Source: Trichosphaerium sp. ATCC 40318
Taxonomy: Eukaryota; Protista; Tubulinea
NCBI GenBank assembly: GCA_038496445.1
Contig: JALMLS010000541.1
Span: 1 to 64,000 of the forward strand
DNA: 64,000 nt
Direction: 5' to 3'
The notes beneath the pieces are model-generated. The model worked only from the letters and a program-made list of their open reading frames with translations, did no database searches and was not told the origin of the DNA. Of the stretch, positions 20,520 to 34,300 are shown in pieces. Positions within the stretch are counted from its first letter, which is position 1. Each line of letters opens with the position of its first letter. The position numbers were made by a program, and so were the translations under genes.

Positions 20520-22770
20520 ATGCTTAATATAAACGCACAGCGGTTGCTTTCCCAAGCTTTTAGAACAAGACAAGTAAGAACAAGTGTTTTTACCCAAAAC
20601 ACTACCAAATATGTGCGATCATATGTGAATTGGCGTCAAACAACCAAAAATAAGACAGCAACTAAAATACCAGCTAAGCTATTTTTATTACCTCTAAATG
20701 TACGAAATTACAGTACAAACGCGTACAATACGTCATATGATGAGAATAACGACAGTTCAACTCCTGAACCTGTTAAAATACTCCAAGTGCCTCGGCTGGG
20801 ATGGGACGAACATGAGGGTACTATTCATTATGATGAGGAGTGCCTTGAGGATGGTGAACACTGCTTTCAAAGCGGTATCATACTGGCAACTGTAAAAAAC
20901 AAAGATGGAAGAGAATTTTATATCTTGTCTGACGGCGTTGGTTATGTAAAGAGGTTAGTTCCTGATGGTGGTGCTGTAAATATAGGACAGGATGTCATCC
21001 ACCTCATGGAGAAACGAGAACACGTTCACCCAAAACATGATAACGTATCACGTGATGAATCACGTGGCAAACTAGAAAACGATGATAAGACAGAAGCAGA
21101 TGTTGAAGATTCAAAGACTGATAATAGTGATCACAGTACAAACAACAAAAGAGAGCCACCTCAAGAATACTGGGAGCCTCAAGATGTTCCTAATCCAATA
21201 TCAGTACGTATGACTATTACTATGGACGTACTAAACCAGTTTGTTCTGGCGTTAGGACCCTTACAGGAATGGATGTCGTAATATGCAATCGTGGGTTTCT
21301 AATCCGAATGATATCTTATCTCAAGACACTTGCAATGCTATTGACGATATCATAAATAAAATGACAGATATTAAGCTTATCAATGAGAAGTACCCACAAA
21401 TAGCTTTGGCTGTGATACGTGCGATGAAGAACAAACGGGGTGAAAGATTGGAGCCAGTACGCACTAAATTGTTGTAACTTTTGGTGGAATTTATTGATTT
21501 TTGTGTCAGTTGGCTAAACGCTTTGCTACTGAACTACATGATCTATGGGGCTTAGGGTTCAAAGATTGCAACTCTGGTGTTATGGTTTTCTTGTCCAAAA
21601 ATGATAGGACAGCGTTCATCTCAACTGGTAGAGATATTAAACATATTCTAACGGATAAAGAATGTGTGAATATTATTAATGAAATAAAACCTTACTTGAG
21701 AGATGGTAAGACACTTATCTTGGAATCCAAAACCAATGTTATCTTGTATACCTTCATCTTATTGGTACATTTAGGAGATTATGATCAAGCTCTTGTAGGG
21801 ATCACCCAAATTGTAGATGATACTTTGCGTGGAAAGAGAAAACCAAAGAGTTTGATAGCAACATTGTTAGCTTTCATATGGAGCTGTTTGTGGTCCAAAT
21901 ATTTTTATCTGTTTCTTTTCCTGTTGTACGTTACATTTTCTTCATGTTTTACTGCCTTATAATACTATCAATAGGTTTGTGTTATTGAACACTCCAATAA
22001 AAGGTCAAAAGCAACGAGTAGAAGAAATGATGAAAGACCTGGGTGTACTGGACATGATGGTTGAAAACAATTCAATAGATCCTAATATGTGCATGGGTTG
22101 CTTTGTTCCAACAACGGAAAAAAATCCAGGAACTGTTTTACCTTGTGGTCATAGATTTCACCCATTATGCTATAGAGTACAATCAACATTGCATCACTCA
22201 AAAAAAACCAACTTGAACTTTTCTTATTTTATTCACGTTTATTTAAATTAGGAGTATACTAATGCAGAGCGATTGATTTTCTTTTTCCAGAAAAAGGAGC
22301 CAGAAGTATGACTTTTAGTTGCTCAGATTTGAATTAATTTGTGCTGTTGTAGATGCCTAAACTCTGTCCTGTTTGTAAATATCTAACATCAGGAGCTGTG
22401 TTAATAGTGGAAAATAAACCCCAACGTCATGTATCTGATGAAGAAATACAATACGTTTTAGACAGAGTAGCAAGGAATAGCGGGTAAAGTTGTATGCAGT
22501 CTTGTACAACAACTCACTTGTTTTAGACTTCTTAAGACTTCTGCAACTGCATCATTGTTTAATGAGTACCTCGACCATAGAAGTCGGAAAAAGCAATGGT
22601 TCCAAAAGAAGAAAAAGTTCTCTTTTGCAGAGCACCAAATTGTACAAGACAGCAAGCCAAAACCAAAGCCAACAAATAGCAAAAGCTATTCAGGTACTGG
22701 TGGATCTAATGGCCGTGTATTTGGTGGAGGTAGTTCGTCAGGAGGCGGTGGTGGTGGGAGTAGTTGGTAG
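20520..22770 (+). CDS. TPM-domain membrane protein with lipoyl-like N-domain, RING finger and Gly-rich tail; probable mitochondrial presequence
   Basis: Arg/Ser/Thr-rich N-terminus; WEPQDVPNP, SWVSNPNDIL, FATELHDLWGLG...GVMVFLSKNDRTAFISTG (TPM); TM helix; CMGC...LPCGHRFHPLC...CPVC (RING); ends FGGGSSSGGGGGGSSW. Confidence 0.75.
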
Positions 22771-22900
22771 TGTATTCAAGACAATAAATATCTTTGTATG
22801 CCAAAATATTCAGAACAGAGAAACTGCAAGTAAGAAAAAAGTCAAAGAGGTTCCTTATCTGTTTTGTTCTGTGTTGTGATAGCATTGAATATTACATCAC

Positions 22901-24946
22901 ATGTTGTGTAAACAGCGCTTTGATATGATGCTGTATTGTCTGGGTTTAATCAGCTGCTTTTTCTTTCTGGAAGTACAAAGCGCTATCTTTAATATAAAGG
23001 ACTATGGAGCGGTTGGTAATAGGTTCGCGTGTTCGCTTCAGTTTTAATAACGTTGTCAAGGTGATGGTCGCACTTTAAACACAAAGGCTATCGCTGCAGC
23101 CATAAACACAGCATACAAGCGCGGTGGTGGAACTGTTCTAGTACCAAAAGGTGTATTTGTGACAGGTGAGGCACTAAACGCATTATTGTCACGTGTTCTT
23201 TTTTTTTTTTTTGCTACTCTTAGCGCTCTGTAGGTGGTTTCAATATTACCTCAAATGTATCATTATATTTGGATGACGGTGCACAGATTAGAGCTTCTGA
23301 TAACCCAGCAGACTATGTATGCTTACCCAGGTAACAAAAGGCATAAAATCGCCAAAAGACAAAGCTAATGTTGTTACCCTTGGTTGACTTCAGCTGTAGC
23401 CTTACACCTGTTGACAGTGGGGTATGTGACTACCCTTTGGTAGGCATTCCGTATGCACAAAACGTCAGTATTGTCGGTAGTGGACGTATAAATGGTGGTG
23501 CAAATGATCCACCAGGCAAGTAAACTTCTCACTTATTGTTTGACAATAACTAGGTCATCTTGTTGATCACTATGATCCAGTTAACAATATGCTACGTCCC
23601 ATACTTTGGAATATCACAGGATGTACGTTTTTCTCATTGTTGTGATGAATACAACTTATAATTTTGCAAGTTTCTAAATGCGTTTTTTAAGGCAAGCCTG
23701 GAGCTTACTTTTGTCGTCCCAAGCTGCTTGTTATCAAAGAGAGTTCTAGGGTAAGTCTAAGAGGCGTAACATTAGAAAACAGGTACAACGAGTCTTAAAA
23801 CGCTAAAAGTTCAGTTACAGATTTGATTCTTTTTAAGCCCTTTTTGGACAGTTACAATTGATTCTTCACGTGATGTTGTTATTGATGGTTTAACCGTAGT
23901 TGGTGATAGGTAATTTAATAAGTACATTATATGGCTAATTATTGATGTAGACAATGGCCAAACAACGATGGAATAGATCCAATATGTTCCGAAAATATTC
24001 TCATTAAAAACACAAAAGTATCCACTGGAGATGACGCTATTTGTCTAAGTGCCCATAGCAGTAAAAAATCCAGATATATAACAGTACAAAACTGTACTTT
24101 ATCTTCAACTTCAGCAGCTTTGAAAATAGGTGCAATATTTGATACCTCTCCTACAACGATCCTTAACTAAAAAACCCAAAAAGGTGGATACGCTCATTCA
24201 GATTTTACAGATATTTCATTCTACAATATAAACATAGTTGATACTAATAGGGCTCTAGCAATAATGCCTAGGTACTATATACTTTACTATTTCTAAAATT
24301 AACTTAATGAAGGAGGGGCAGTGGACATATAAGGAACGTACGGTATGCTAACATAAGTATTGAAACAAGATATTTTTCAGGTATCATTCTTTTCTCTTTT
24401 GACTTTAAGGCTTTTGGTCTTTTTCTTGTTTACTAAAAATAATCATAGAGGCTTGGTGGGGTGCAGCGGAGCCTATATACGTTACATCATACAATGCAGA
24501 TAGTGATACAAAGTATACTGGAACCATAAATGATATTCGGTTCGAAAACATTACAGCAAAAAGTGAAAATGGAATTGTTGTTAGTGGGAATGCTAGTCTA
24601 ATAGATAATTTGATTTTTGATCACGTGCATGTGAATATTTCTCGATTTAGTAATATATCACACCCAGTACATGATTGGAGACCAAAGAGTGATCCAAGCA
24701 TCGTAAAAGCACTTATTGGTTCGTCTTGCGACAGCTATGCTTCAAACTTTTATTCTCACTTTTTCATCTTTAGATGGGTTCTTTTTGAGTGGTGTTAAAC
24801 AAGGATTGATAAGCGAATGTATAGTTAGCCATGGCAGTGATGTTATATCGTTGTACGGTGAATGTAAGAACGTTACAGAATCAGCACATATCACAGTACA
24901 CTCTCTTCAATGTGTCGAAAACTATTCCACTGTTGAAGTACAATAA
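22901..24946 (+). CDS. Glycoside hydrolase family 28 (polygalacturonase-like), secreted, multi-exon
   Basis: Signal peptide; IFNIKDYGAVG, GGGTVLVPKG, NNDGIDP, TGDDAI, ALKIG, NRALAIMPR. Confidence 0.88.
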
Positions 24947-25419
24947 ACTGTTGTTCTACGAACTAGCATTCTTCCAATATGAACGACATGAATAAAAAGT
25001 TGAACTTAAGATGTACAATGACATCCTTAACAAGGAAAAGCTTATAATTTTTACAGCAAAATATCATATCATAAATTGCAAGAACACAACGAACTTTTTG
25101 TACACTAAAATATTTTTCCTAACCGCATTGTACATTACTTTTCTACTTGTGAAACTCATCACAAATGATTCAACTTGTTATTCAAAGTAAAGGAGAAAAC
25201 ATTTGAGCTGGTGTCGTCATTGAGACAGTATTCGTAAAAAACTGTAATATTCGCGAACTAAAAATTGCTGAACCCGAAATCACGTGTTAAGTTACATCGT
25301 TCTGCGTAGTATAATAGAACGATTCTTAAGCTCTTTTCTTCTTGGCACACCAAGGATAAGGCGAGGTATGTTAAGTTACATCTTCTACGTTAACACGTTG
25401 ACAATTTCAAGGCGCTTTT

Positions 25420-27385
25420 ATGGAGCACACTCATTGGAATCAGTCTTTTGGCACAAGTGACAACGCACAACAGCTAAAAACATCTTTTAACGTTAAATTC
25501 AAGAAAGAAACGTTCAGAATACGTACATCAACGTATGGAACAGTAATTCAACTCAAACAGGCTGTATATAACGTGACAGGGGTTAAACCACATTTACAAC
25601 GTTATCCTTCACTTGATTGCTCGGAATACGCCAATGTACGTTGTTTTTAAACACAAGTTCTTATTCCACGTGAACCCATCGGAGACTAACCTGCTTTGAA
25701 GGATGAAGTGCTCCCCTATGAAATACTTGGTATAACATATGATTGTGAAGTTATACTAAAGGCAGAGAAGAGTCCTGTTTCATCAGTGGTACAAGGGCTA
25801 AGGTACTTTGTTGCTAAGATGAAAAAAATAAAGTAAAGCTAAGTACCTTCGTTTGGTAGCACTGAGCCCGATTGTAACGCTAGAACCGCACTGATTTATA
25901 GTTTACTTCGGGCTATTCAACCTTATACTGATGATAGAAATGACATACATATACAACAAAATATACAACACGTGAAAGATGGTGGGCAAACACAACCTAA
26001 TATTTTTTGTTCTCTGAACAATCCAACTAAAACATACTTCAATTTTGCGATTTACATCTACACAAGTGATCCCACATGTGACCAAAGCGAGTATGTATAT
26101 GTTTTGGATGTATATTTTGTTTCATTCCAGCTTATCTGACATAAAAATAGAAAAGTATTGTGCTCCAAAGAACTCAAAGAACACTCAACTCTTTCAAATA
26201 TGTATTGGGTATCAATTTACATTCCTGACGTTACAAGAGTTGGGCTTCCCAAGTTTAATGAATATCCCATACTTATCATTGGCAGATTTGCACGTGATAG
26301 AACAGGTATTCTAGCATCCATGGAGGCAAGCACAACTTGTACCTTTATAAAGTTTATAAACACCTTTAATCAAAAACAAGAATATCTTTGTAATCAGTTC
26401 ATTAATGGACTATGTTTTCCTCTAATTTTTTTGTTAAGGGATTGCTAGATAAGAATGAAATCATGTCTAAAATAGAATATATTGCCGTTTGGAATAAATT
26501 TATAAATCGGGGGGCTCGGCTGGCAGGAGTTATTGATTTAACACCAAAACGTGTTGCAATATACTTCTCAACCTTTAACCTTGTTAATTTTGATTTCGAG
26601 ATTCAACTCAAGCGTCCCAAAACAATAATTGATGTGGACCCTGAAAATACAACAGACGAGATTTCAATGATGCCTCCAGGTACCTTTGCCAGATAAATAA
26701 ACTTCAACAGATCTTCAATGAACCGTTTTGTTGTTTACAATTCTTAGAAATAATCACGCTCATATTGGAACATCTCGACTGTGTTTCAACAAAGTGCCTA
26801 TTAACAGCATGCCAGTATCTATATGATTGTGCAAATTTGAGTATTCAACATTACAGTGCTGTCAGTCTTATTGAAAGAGAAGGTCTTCCAGACCATAACA
26901 AGCTGAAACATGTCAAAGAGATTGATATCAGATTCATGTGTAAAGCGGATGCTCAACGTCTTTTACAACAACTATCAAGAGAAAGAAACAATATAAAGAC
27001 AATCAAGACATACCACAAGGATATGTCATACATTGAGAAACAGTTGCCAAGAGCTTCAATTATACCACAAAAGATCTATGTTTGTTTTACAAAAAAGTCC
27101 AAACTACCTAATTGCCTTATTTGTTTAGTACATGACAAAGTCAGTGCATCTGTTTTGATTCTTGAAAAAGATCAGAATATTCAACTCAGGACTTTCTCAA
27201 GCTTTCTCATCGAGTTTCCAGAGATAAAGTTGGTTCAGCTCTACAACAGTCACTACAAAGTATCTTATTTATTTCGAACAATATGCCAAGAGATGAACTG
27301 TAATATCTTCTTTTGTGGAAGTATCAAAGAAGACTTTGTACACCAATATTTTAAGGCAAAAAAAACACGATTCCATTTCTCATAA
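25420..27385 (+). CDS. Ubiquitin-like-domain protein, paralog 2 (apparently intact; shows the empty insertion site)
   Basis: High identity to exons of 10624-18011; keeps the ~156 bp missing from paralog 1. Confidence 0.7.
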
Positions 27386-27633
27386 ATAAAAAAGCTTGTT
27401 CCAAACATAACGGAAATTCTTTCTAGTCACTTCGAAAGTTGGTGTGTTGAAAACATAGGTCAATCAAACCTAAAATCTAGGCCTTCTTGTTCAGGTGCTT
27501 GTTGGGTGATTCCGTTTTATAAACATGCTCTACACTAGTGGTGCCTGTAGAGTACTTTCACCGCTTGCAATTTTTCTTCGTACACAACTTTTTTTTTGTC
27601 AATTGTTTTCTGCATTTTGTTCCATAGTAAACT

Positions 27634-29306
27634 ATGGATGCTCACAATACGCTCACAGATATGGAAACCCTGTGGGCGATGACAGAATACAATATTATAA
27701 AAGGATACGATGATCTAGCGTTAGGTAACCTGATTGTTTCTACACCAAAAAAAATTAGGGCTGCTAGGGTTGTAGTGACACGTTAATCCATTACAGCCTT
27801 CTCTCACTTTACCCGCCAAAACACTTATCTTTTAACGACGCTTTGTCGCTAACCTTCAATTTGTCAGGAGGCTTACAGCGAGATGGCGTATATGACTATG
27901 CTATTAACAAAGATAAAGCTACAAAAAAATTGGTAGACCTCTTCGTCTTAAAAACAATGCTGGGGCATGAGAAAATCTGGGAGTATAACACACGTGTTTT
28001 GAAGTGTTTTATTCAATCAATACCAAAAAATTGGCGCAGAGATGAAGGTTCTAACTTTGTACTTATCCTTGAAGAACTCTTCTTCCAGGTGCGTGACGAA
28101 AGGTATTTGGAGCGTTGTAAGTTACTCACCAATGATTTTAACAGATAATTCTATCTTCCTTCGATAGCAACAGCTTTTCGGTGGTGATCCTTGAAGATTA
28201 CACTGCTAAGGTCCTTCCTCTTTATGGTACTACTATTTTTGTTTTTCGCGCCATTTTCTTATCCTGTCACCTAGTACCATTGAATGAAGAAAATGCGTTG
28301 AGTGCTTTACCACAAACAACGCTGGACAACATGGTTTTGGAAATAAAAAAGCTTCTTGAATGCTTGCGCACTGATCCACTGCTTGAAGAGAAAGAAACCA
28401 AACTGTACATCTCAGTACGCACAAACTACTCTTACACGTGCTGATTAGAAATAGAACCTAAAAATTGTACATAGAAGAGACCAATTTAGTGAACAAATCA
28501 CTAAATATCTACAGCCTCTTTTTGACGCTCACCCAACCACTTTGTTAGAACAGGTACACGTTTTACTGCTCTCTGAATTCTCCAAATAAACTTGTTTAAA
28601 TTAGAAGGTTTGTGGTAAACCTAGAATGGAACGCAAAGAGCCGAACGAGCCTATACGGATTTCAGCAGAGGAGTTGAAGGTATGAGAATAATGCTTCGTA
28701 TTCACGTGTTTTACTATTTTTAGAAGTTCGATAAGAACGTGGTATCAATTGCAATCAATCCTTCTGAGGCAGTGCTGGCGTTCAAAGAGGGAGCTGCTAC
28801 GAACAATGTGACATTACAGTTTTTTTGTAGTCTCATGTTAACATGTTGTGGTAGAACGAACTGGGAATTAACACTGCAAGTGATGCCAGTGATATGGTTG
28901 ACATAGCCGGTATTTGAATTAACATCGCGTTTTGCTTATTTCTTCGAACCTAGATGGACTTCCAGCGTTGGTACTAGAGTCGGTTTCTTCTCTCCCCAAT
29001 AGACGCAGATCAGCCAGACCTTGGAGTTCAAATGAAGAACATTATGTAGAACAAGGTACTTCCCAACTTGGTGTCAGGTTCTAGTCTTACGATTCTGTTA
29101 GGTGTAAAAAAATATGGTGAAGGAAAATGGGTTAAAATCCGGGATGATCCTGCTTTTAATTTTATGGTCTGTGCTAATCACTAATACAAACTATTTCGCA
29201 CTTTGTTAATTTATTGTTTTTCTTTCAGGGTCGAACGAATGTTGATATTAAAGACAAATGGAGGACAATGACGAAAAAAAAGCGAAGAGACAGTTTACAT
29301 TCTTGA
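27634..29306 (+). CDS. C-terminal telobox Myb/SANT protein (TRF-like telomere-binding candidate)
   Basis: Spliced C-terminus RPWSSNEEHYVEQ|GVKKYGEGKWVKIRDDPAFNFM|GRTNVDIKDKWRTM matches the telobox consensus; helical N-terminal region. Confidence 0.8.
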
Positions 29307-30020
29307 TTTCCACTACTATATTGTAAGCGCATACATTATTTAATAAAAAACAGCTTTCGACAAGTATTTAATACGTTGCAAGTACTTCACTTTAGTCCAA
29401 ACGATTACCTCACAAAGCTTGTCAAAGACTAACTACATATCTTATAGGATGGCCCTGACAGACTCGAGTAAATCATTCAATATGAGTTGGCAGGCGAAAT
29501 ACAATTAGATCTTTCTGGTATGTGACAGGTGAAGCCAAGAAGTGTCTTTGCTCAATCTTGATTATTGTGCTAATCATAGATAAGGCGTCGCTGAAAAGTT
29601 ATTGCTACCTAGTGAAAAACAACCTTAAGTTGAACCACATGACAACTAGGCACTATATCACAAGTTGTTGCTACAAACCCCTGAACTCATATTTACTCAG
29701 TATCTTTACAGACAAATGCTTGTGAAGAGGATCGAATCTAAGTTCCGAATTTGCCACAAATCCCGAAAATACGATCATTTCCAACCAAGAAAAGGTTCTG
29801 TGCGCAAATGTACGATGTATCGAGCAAAAAAGTGAGAACAAATCCAAAGTATTTATACAAAGCACGGTAGGTGCATCCAAGTTATCCCGCCAGTGATTTC
29901 CTTATTAGGTATAAAAAAGAGCTATAAATACAATTATATTAAACAGTTTATTTATAGAATAAGGAAAGAATGTAAACGTTATACAAATATTGTACTTATA
30001 AGGATATGGTTTACGCGTAT

Positions 30021-31044
30021 TCACGCCTTATTATTAACATCAGGTTGATCTGTTGGAAACAAAACAAGCCAGCTTGATTGCTTAGTAACCAAGAAAGCAT
30101 CTTCAAAGGTCATCCAATAAACACCATTACAACCAAATACATCGTTTTTGTTAGCACCTAAAAACACGTTAATATTTCAAATCTAGTTTTATTTCTTCTG
30201 TTCTACTACTAAAGGTTAACTTACTTTCCAGATCCTTCTTGTAATCTTCTTCTTTTGCACCACCTAGTTAGTTTGTAATTTAGATAATGACAGATTTACC
30301 AGTGATAAAAAAAAACCCGAAAAAATTTTAGAGTTTTGGAAGCCGTACCCTCGTAATGAGGATCAAACCGTAAAACAAGCACTTTGTCGCCGTCCACAAT
30401 GATACCTCCAATCACATAAGCTTTAATACGGTCGTCTATCATAACAGGTGTCTTATGTTTTTCAAAATGATTCTTAAGCATGTTTACGAACGCTGAAAGA
30501 TCAGAGTCTTTGAAAAACTCGAATTCATTCATCTAAAACAGAATTTAAAAGTGTATATATGTTTAGTATTTATTAATCGCGTACTTTGAGTTTATACATA
30601 TGCCTGAGGTATGCAGCAGCATCTGGCGGCTCTAAAAATATGTTTATAATGTACTGGCGTCAAAACCAAAATAATTTCTCTGTTTTAACTGTACCTATCC
30701 ATTTATGTGATCCTACGTCAGACGGTTTAAACCTACCCATTGCGGCGAATGTTTTTTGAACATCCAGAAGCTTTGGCATTTCTTTGAGCTCGAACGTTTT
30801 TCGTTTCTCCAAGGCGCTTATAATCATCTACTGGCTTTAGTGAATAGCTTTAGACATGGTTTAGTACCTGTAAACAACGGTACGCGCAACCCCATCCGCT
30901 GTCAACCTCACCGTAGCAATTATAATGATAATAGTCTAATGGTGTACATAGAGCGCTTTCTTAAATTATTTAGCGTAAAATGTATTTTAAAATCGTACCA
31001 TTCGTGCGAAACAATGCTGTGAGGTTTGTAGGTACCGGTTCCAT
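30021..31044 (-). CDS. UFM1-specific peptidase (peptidase C78); 5' end may extend to ~31200
   Basis: DYYHYNCYGEVDSGWGCAYRCLQ (catalytic Cys), VGSHKWI, TPVMI, LRFDPHY (Asp-His). Confidence 0.88.
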
Positions 31045-31339
31045 CTATAGTACTGTCAGTTAATCTATTTTTATGAAATAAACTTGTACGTTGTGGTCTC
31101 AGTACACGCGCAAACTAATAAAGTTGTACTCCAGATAATTCAGTCCAATAGCACAAAAGAGGGATTTAAAAAAAAGTTTTGGAAGTCAATATCGCTCAAC
31201 ATCCATTTGTACACTTCTATAAGCACGCAATAGTAATGCAAATACTCCAAGTACACTAGTAAATGAATTCATTCAAGCTACAATAATAGCGATTTGCTAC
31301 AGTTTTTCAGACAATCAATAACAAAGGGGAGGGTTACAA

Positions 31340-34300
31340 ATGGACGATACGCCCGAGGGGCACTATAAGAAGGGTTGTATCTATTACGAGAATCAAAATT
31401 ATTCTACTGCGTATAAATACTATCTATTGGCTGCAGATGCAGGCTACGTTGATGCGCAGAATGATGTTGCTGTGTTATTAGATCAAGGCGCGTACCTATT
31501 CCTTTTGGGCGCCTAAATATAGCTGCTTCTTTTCCAGGAGATACACCTTAACGCTCAGCGTTGATATTCATCAGATTTTTTGGCGCTAATTCCATTTAGG
31601 CGTTGGAGTGAAACCAAATGCCAAACTTGCAATTCATTGGTATTCTAGAGCAGCGAAGAAAGGACATATTGAGGTACGTGTTTTAATGGTTAATTATCCA
31701 ATCGGAATGTTCAAAACAAAAAAGGCTATGTTATTGGTTCAATAAGTTGCCTAACGTATGTTTATGGTCGTCATAACATTTACTTACTACCGTAACACCG
31801 TTTTAAAAACATTTTTTTACAACAAAATCTTATCGCAAACCTTATTTTCTAGGCTTCTTACAACCTTGGCGTATTATACCAGCGTGGACACGGCGTAAAA
31901 CGCGATCTTACACGAGCTGCTAAATTATTTACTGTTGCATCACATGGTGGCCATCCAGACGCGCAGTACAATTTGGGGTACGTTTTTTATCTTTTTCTTC
32001 GTTTTTTGCACAAACCGTTTTTTTTTTCCCTTTCGAAGCGTTATTTAAACATTGCAGTACATTAAATATAAACTAGAGTCATGTACCAAGGAGGTTTTGG
32101 CATTTCTCAAGACTACAAAATGGCAGCGAAATGGTATGCTAGAGCAGCAGACCCTGATTCGCATGGATTCGCCATGGCGCAGGTGTGTATACGTGTCGAT
32201 AGGTTTTTATCGAAAAGCACACTAACGAACTCCTCTTTTTTTCGTTTTTGTTCATTTTTCGCTTTATTGCAAAACTTTGCAACTACTTCCTGGTTTTTTT
32301 CTCAATTTTGAACTACTCACGTAGTTTCACCTGTTTCTTTTTTACCTAGCGCCAAAAATATCTTCTATTTCACGTGTAGTATTCTAAACTACCATCACAC
32401 GCGTTTAAATATTTCATTGCTCGTGATGGCGCAATTAACTCTCTTTTAGTCTAATCTTGGTGTGTTGTATGAAAAAGGCTTAGGCATAAAGCCAAATGCA
32501 GATTTAGCGTTCTATTACTACCAACTATCGGCTAATCAAGGTGATTTTGCGTTTTTTGTAGAATTCTGTTTTTTTCGTTTATTGAGAAAAAGTAACTCCC
32601 GTTTTTTACGTTAATACTAATCTCCGGCGCATAGGCTATGGTCTTGGGGAGTTTAATCTTGGTGTTGCGTACGAAAATGGTATTGGCACTACACCTAATA
32701 CTAAAGCGGCGATAAAGTGGTATACACGATGTACGTAGTCTGGATATATTGTGGATAGCCAAAATTAGTTTTTCTGATTTTTTTGTTAGCTGCGAAACAT
32801 GGTTGTGAAAAATCATTGTACGCGTTGGGAAAAATGCACTGGGATGGTATAGGAACGCGAAGGAATCTACATAAAGGCTTGGAATTAATAGAAAAGGCTG
32901 CAAAACTTGGCTATGAAAAAGCGGAAGCCAAGCTCAAGATGATATCAAGAAGTGCGTATTAGTGAATACATGTAATGGAGAATTTTTCTTCTGTTTACAG
33001 AGCTACATGGATATTTTTTTCTGACATTACTGACATTATTGTTTTTCAAGGTGTACCAACAGAGAGTCATTTGGATAATATTTCTCACGTCCATCCTGAC
33101 TCTATAAAGTATGAACTAGATCCAGATACAAAAACGCGGATATCAGCTGGTAGTTGTGTACTAGGTACGTCCAATTTTGGCTTTTTTTGCATTGGATATC
33201 CAAAAAAAAATCCATTAAACGTCAGATTCTGTGGAGGATATTTTTGGACCTGCTTGTTTTAGACATGTCAATCAAAAACACGACTTTTGTATTTATTCGG
33301 CTGTAGGCAAGTCATATCTTGCTTCTTTTCGTGGTACACTTGTAGCAGTTCGTGTATTACCAAAAGTGAACTCAACTGGCGAGGATAGAATAGAGTTTGT
33401 TCGTGAAGCTTACTTGTTACAAAATATCCGGCATCCCAATATCATCACATTCATGGGTGATAACCAAGAATCAACAGAACTAGGCATGCTATGGTATTTA
33501 ACAGCGTACGTGAAAAGTATTCTTCGTGTTGTTTTTTTTTTAGTCAAACCGAAAAGTTTCTTATTGTTTCTAACTTTTGTCAGTTACCCAGAGCGAGGTC
33601 CTTTATCTGGCTTAATAAAATCTCGTGCATGGTCTGTAGAATGGGGCAACTTAGGGCGTCACATTGCATTAGATACTGCACGTGCTTTGTGTTTCTTGCA
33701 TCAATCTGGCTACGTTCATTTGGATGTAGCATCACATAATATACTTGTACGTCATTCTTTTTATCCATTTATATCTACAAAAGTGCTTATGTATTTTGCT
33801 TGTATAGATAAGTGCAGGCGGCACAGCAAAGCTTAGTGCATTTCACATGTGCTATGATGTACAATCAATGGTAAAGATGCGGAATAAGGAAAAACCAAAG
33901 CCTAGGAACGGTAGCATTCCGTGGGCTGCTCCTGAGTTCATCCTTGGGCGGAAAATATCACAAAAGGCGGATGTTTATAGGTACATAGTTGTAGTTAATG
34001 CTAGAGTAGTCTAGACTGGAAATCTTTTCCCGTTACTAACAATCGTTTTTGTAGTTTGGCTATTGTACTTTTTGAAATTATAATGCAAAAGTTACCATGG
34101 GTTGGGTATGATGTTGAAGATATCAAACGATTTGTTACCGAAGGAGAGTGTGTTGGTAATTCAAATATGATGCCAATGGGTGTAGCTGACACATGGGAGA
34201 AGTGCGTTTGAGTTAAATTTGTCATCAACACTTTTTTTGCACTTTGAAGTTATTGACGTAATTACTCAATTCAAGGATGCTTTCAACCAAACCTTCTCAT

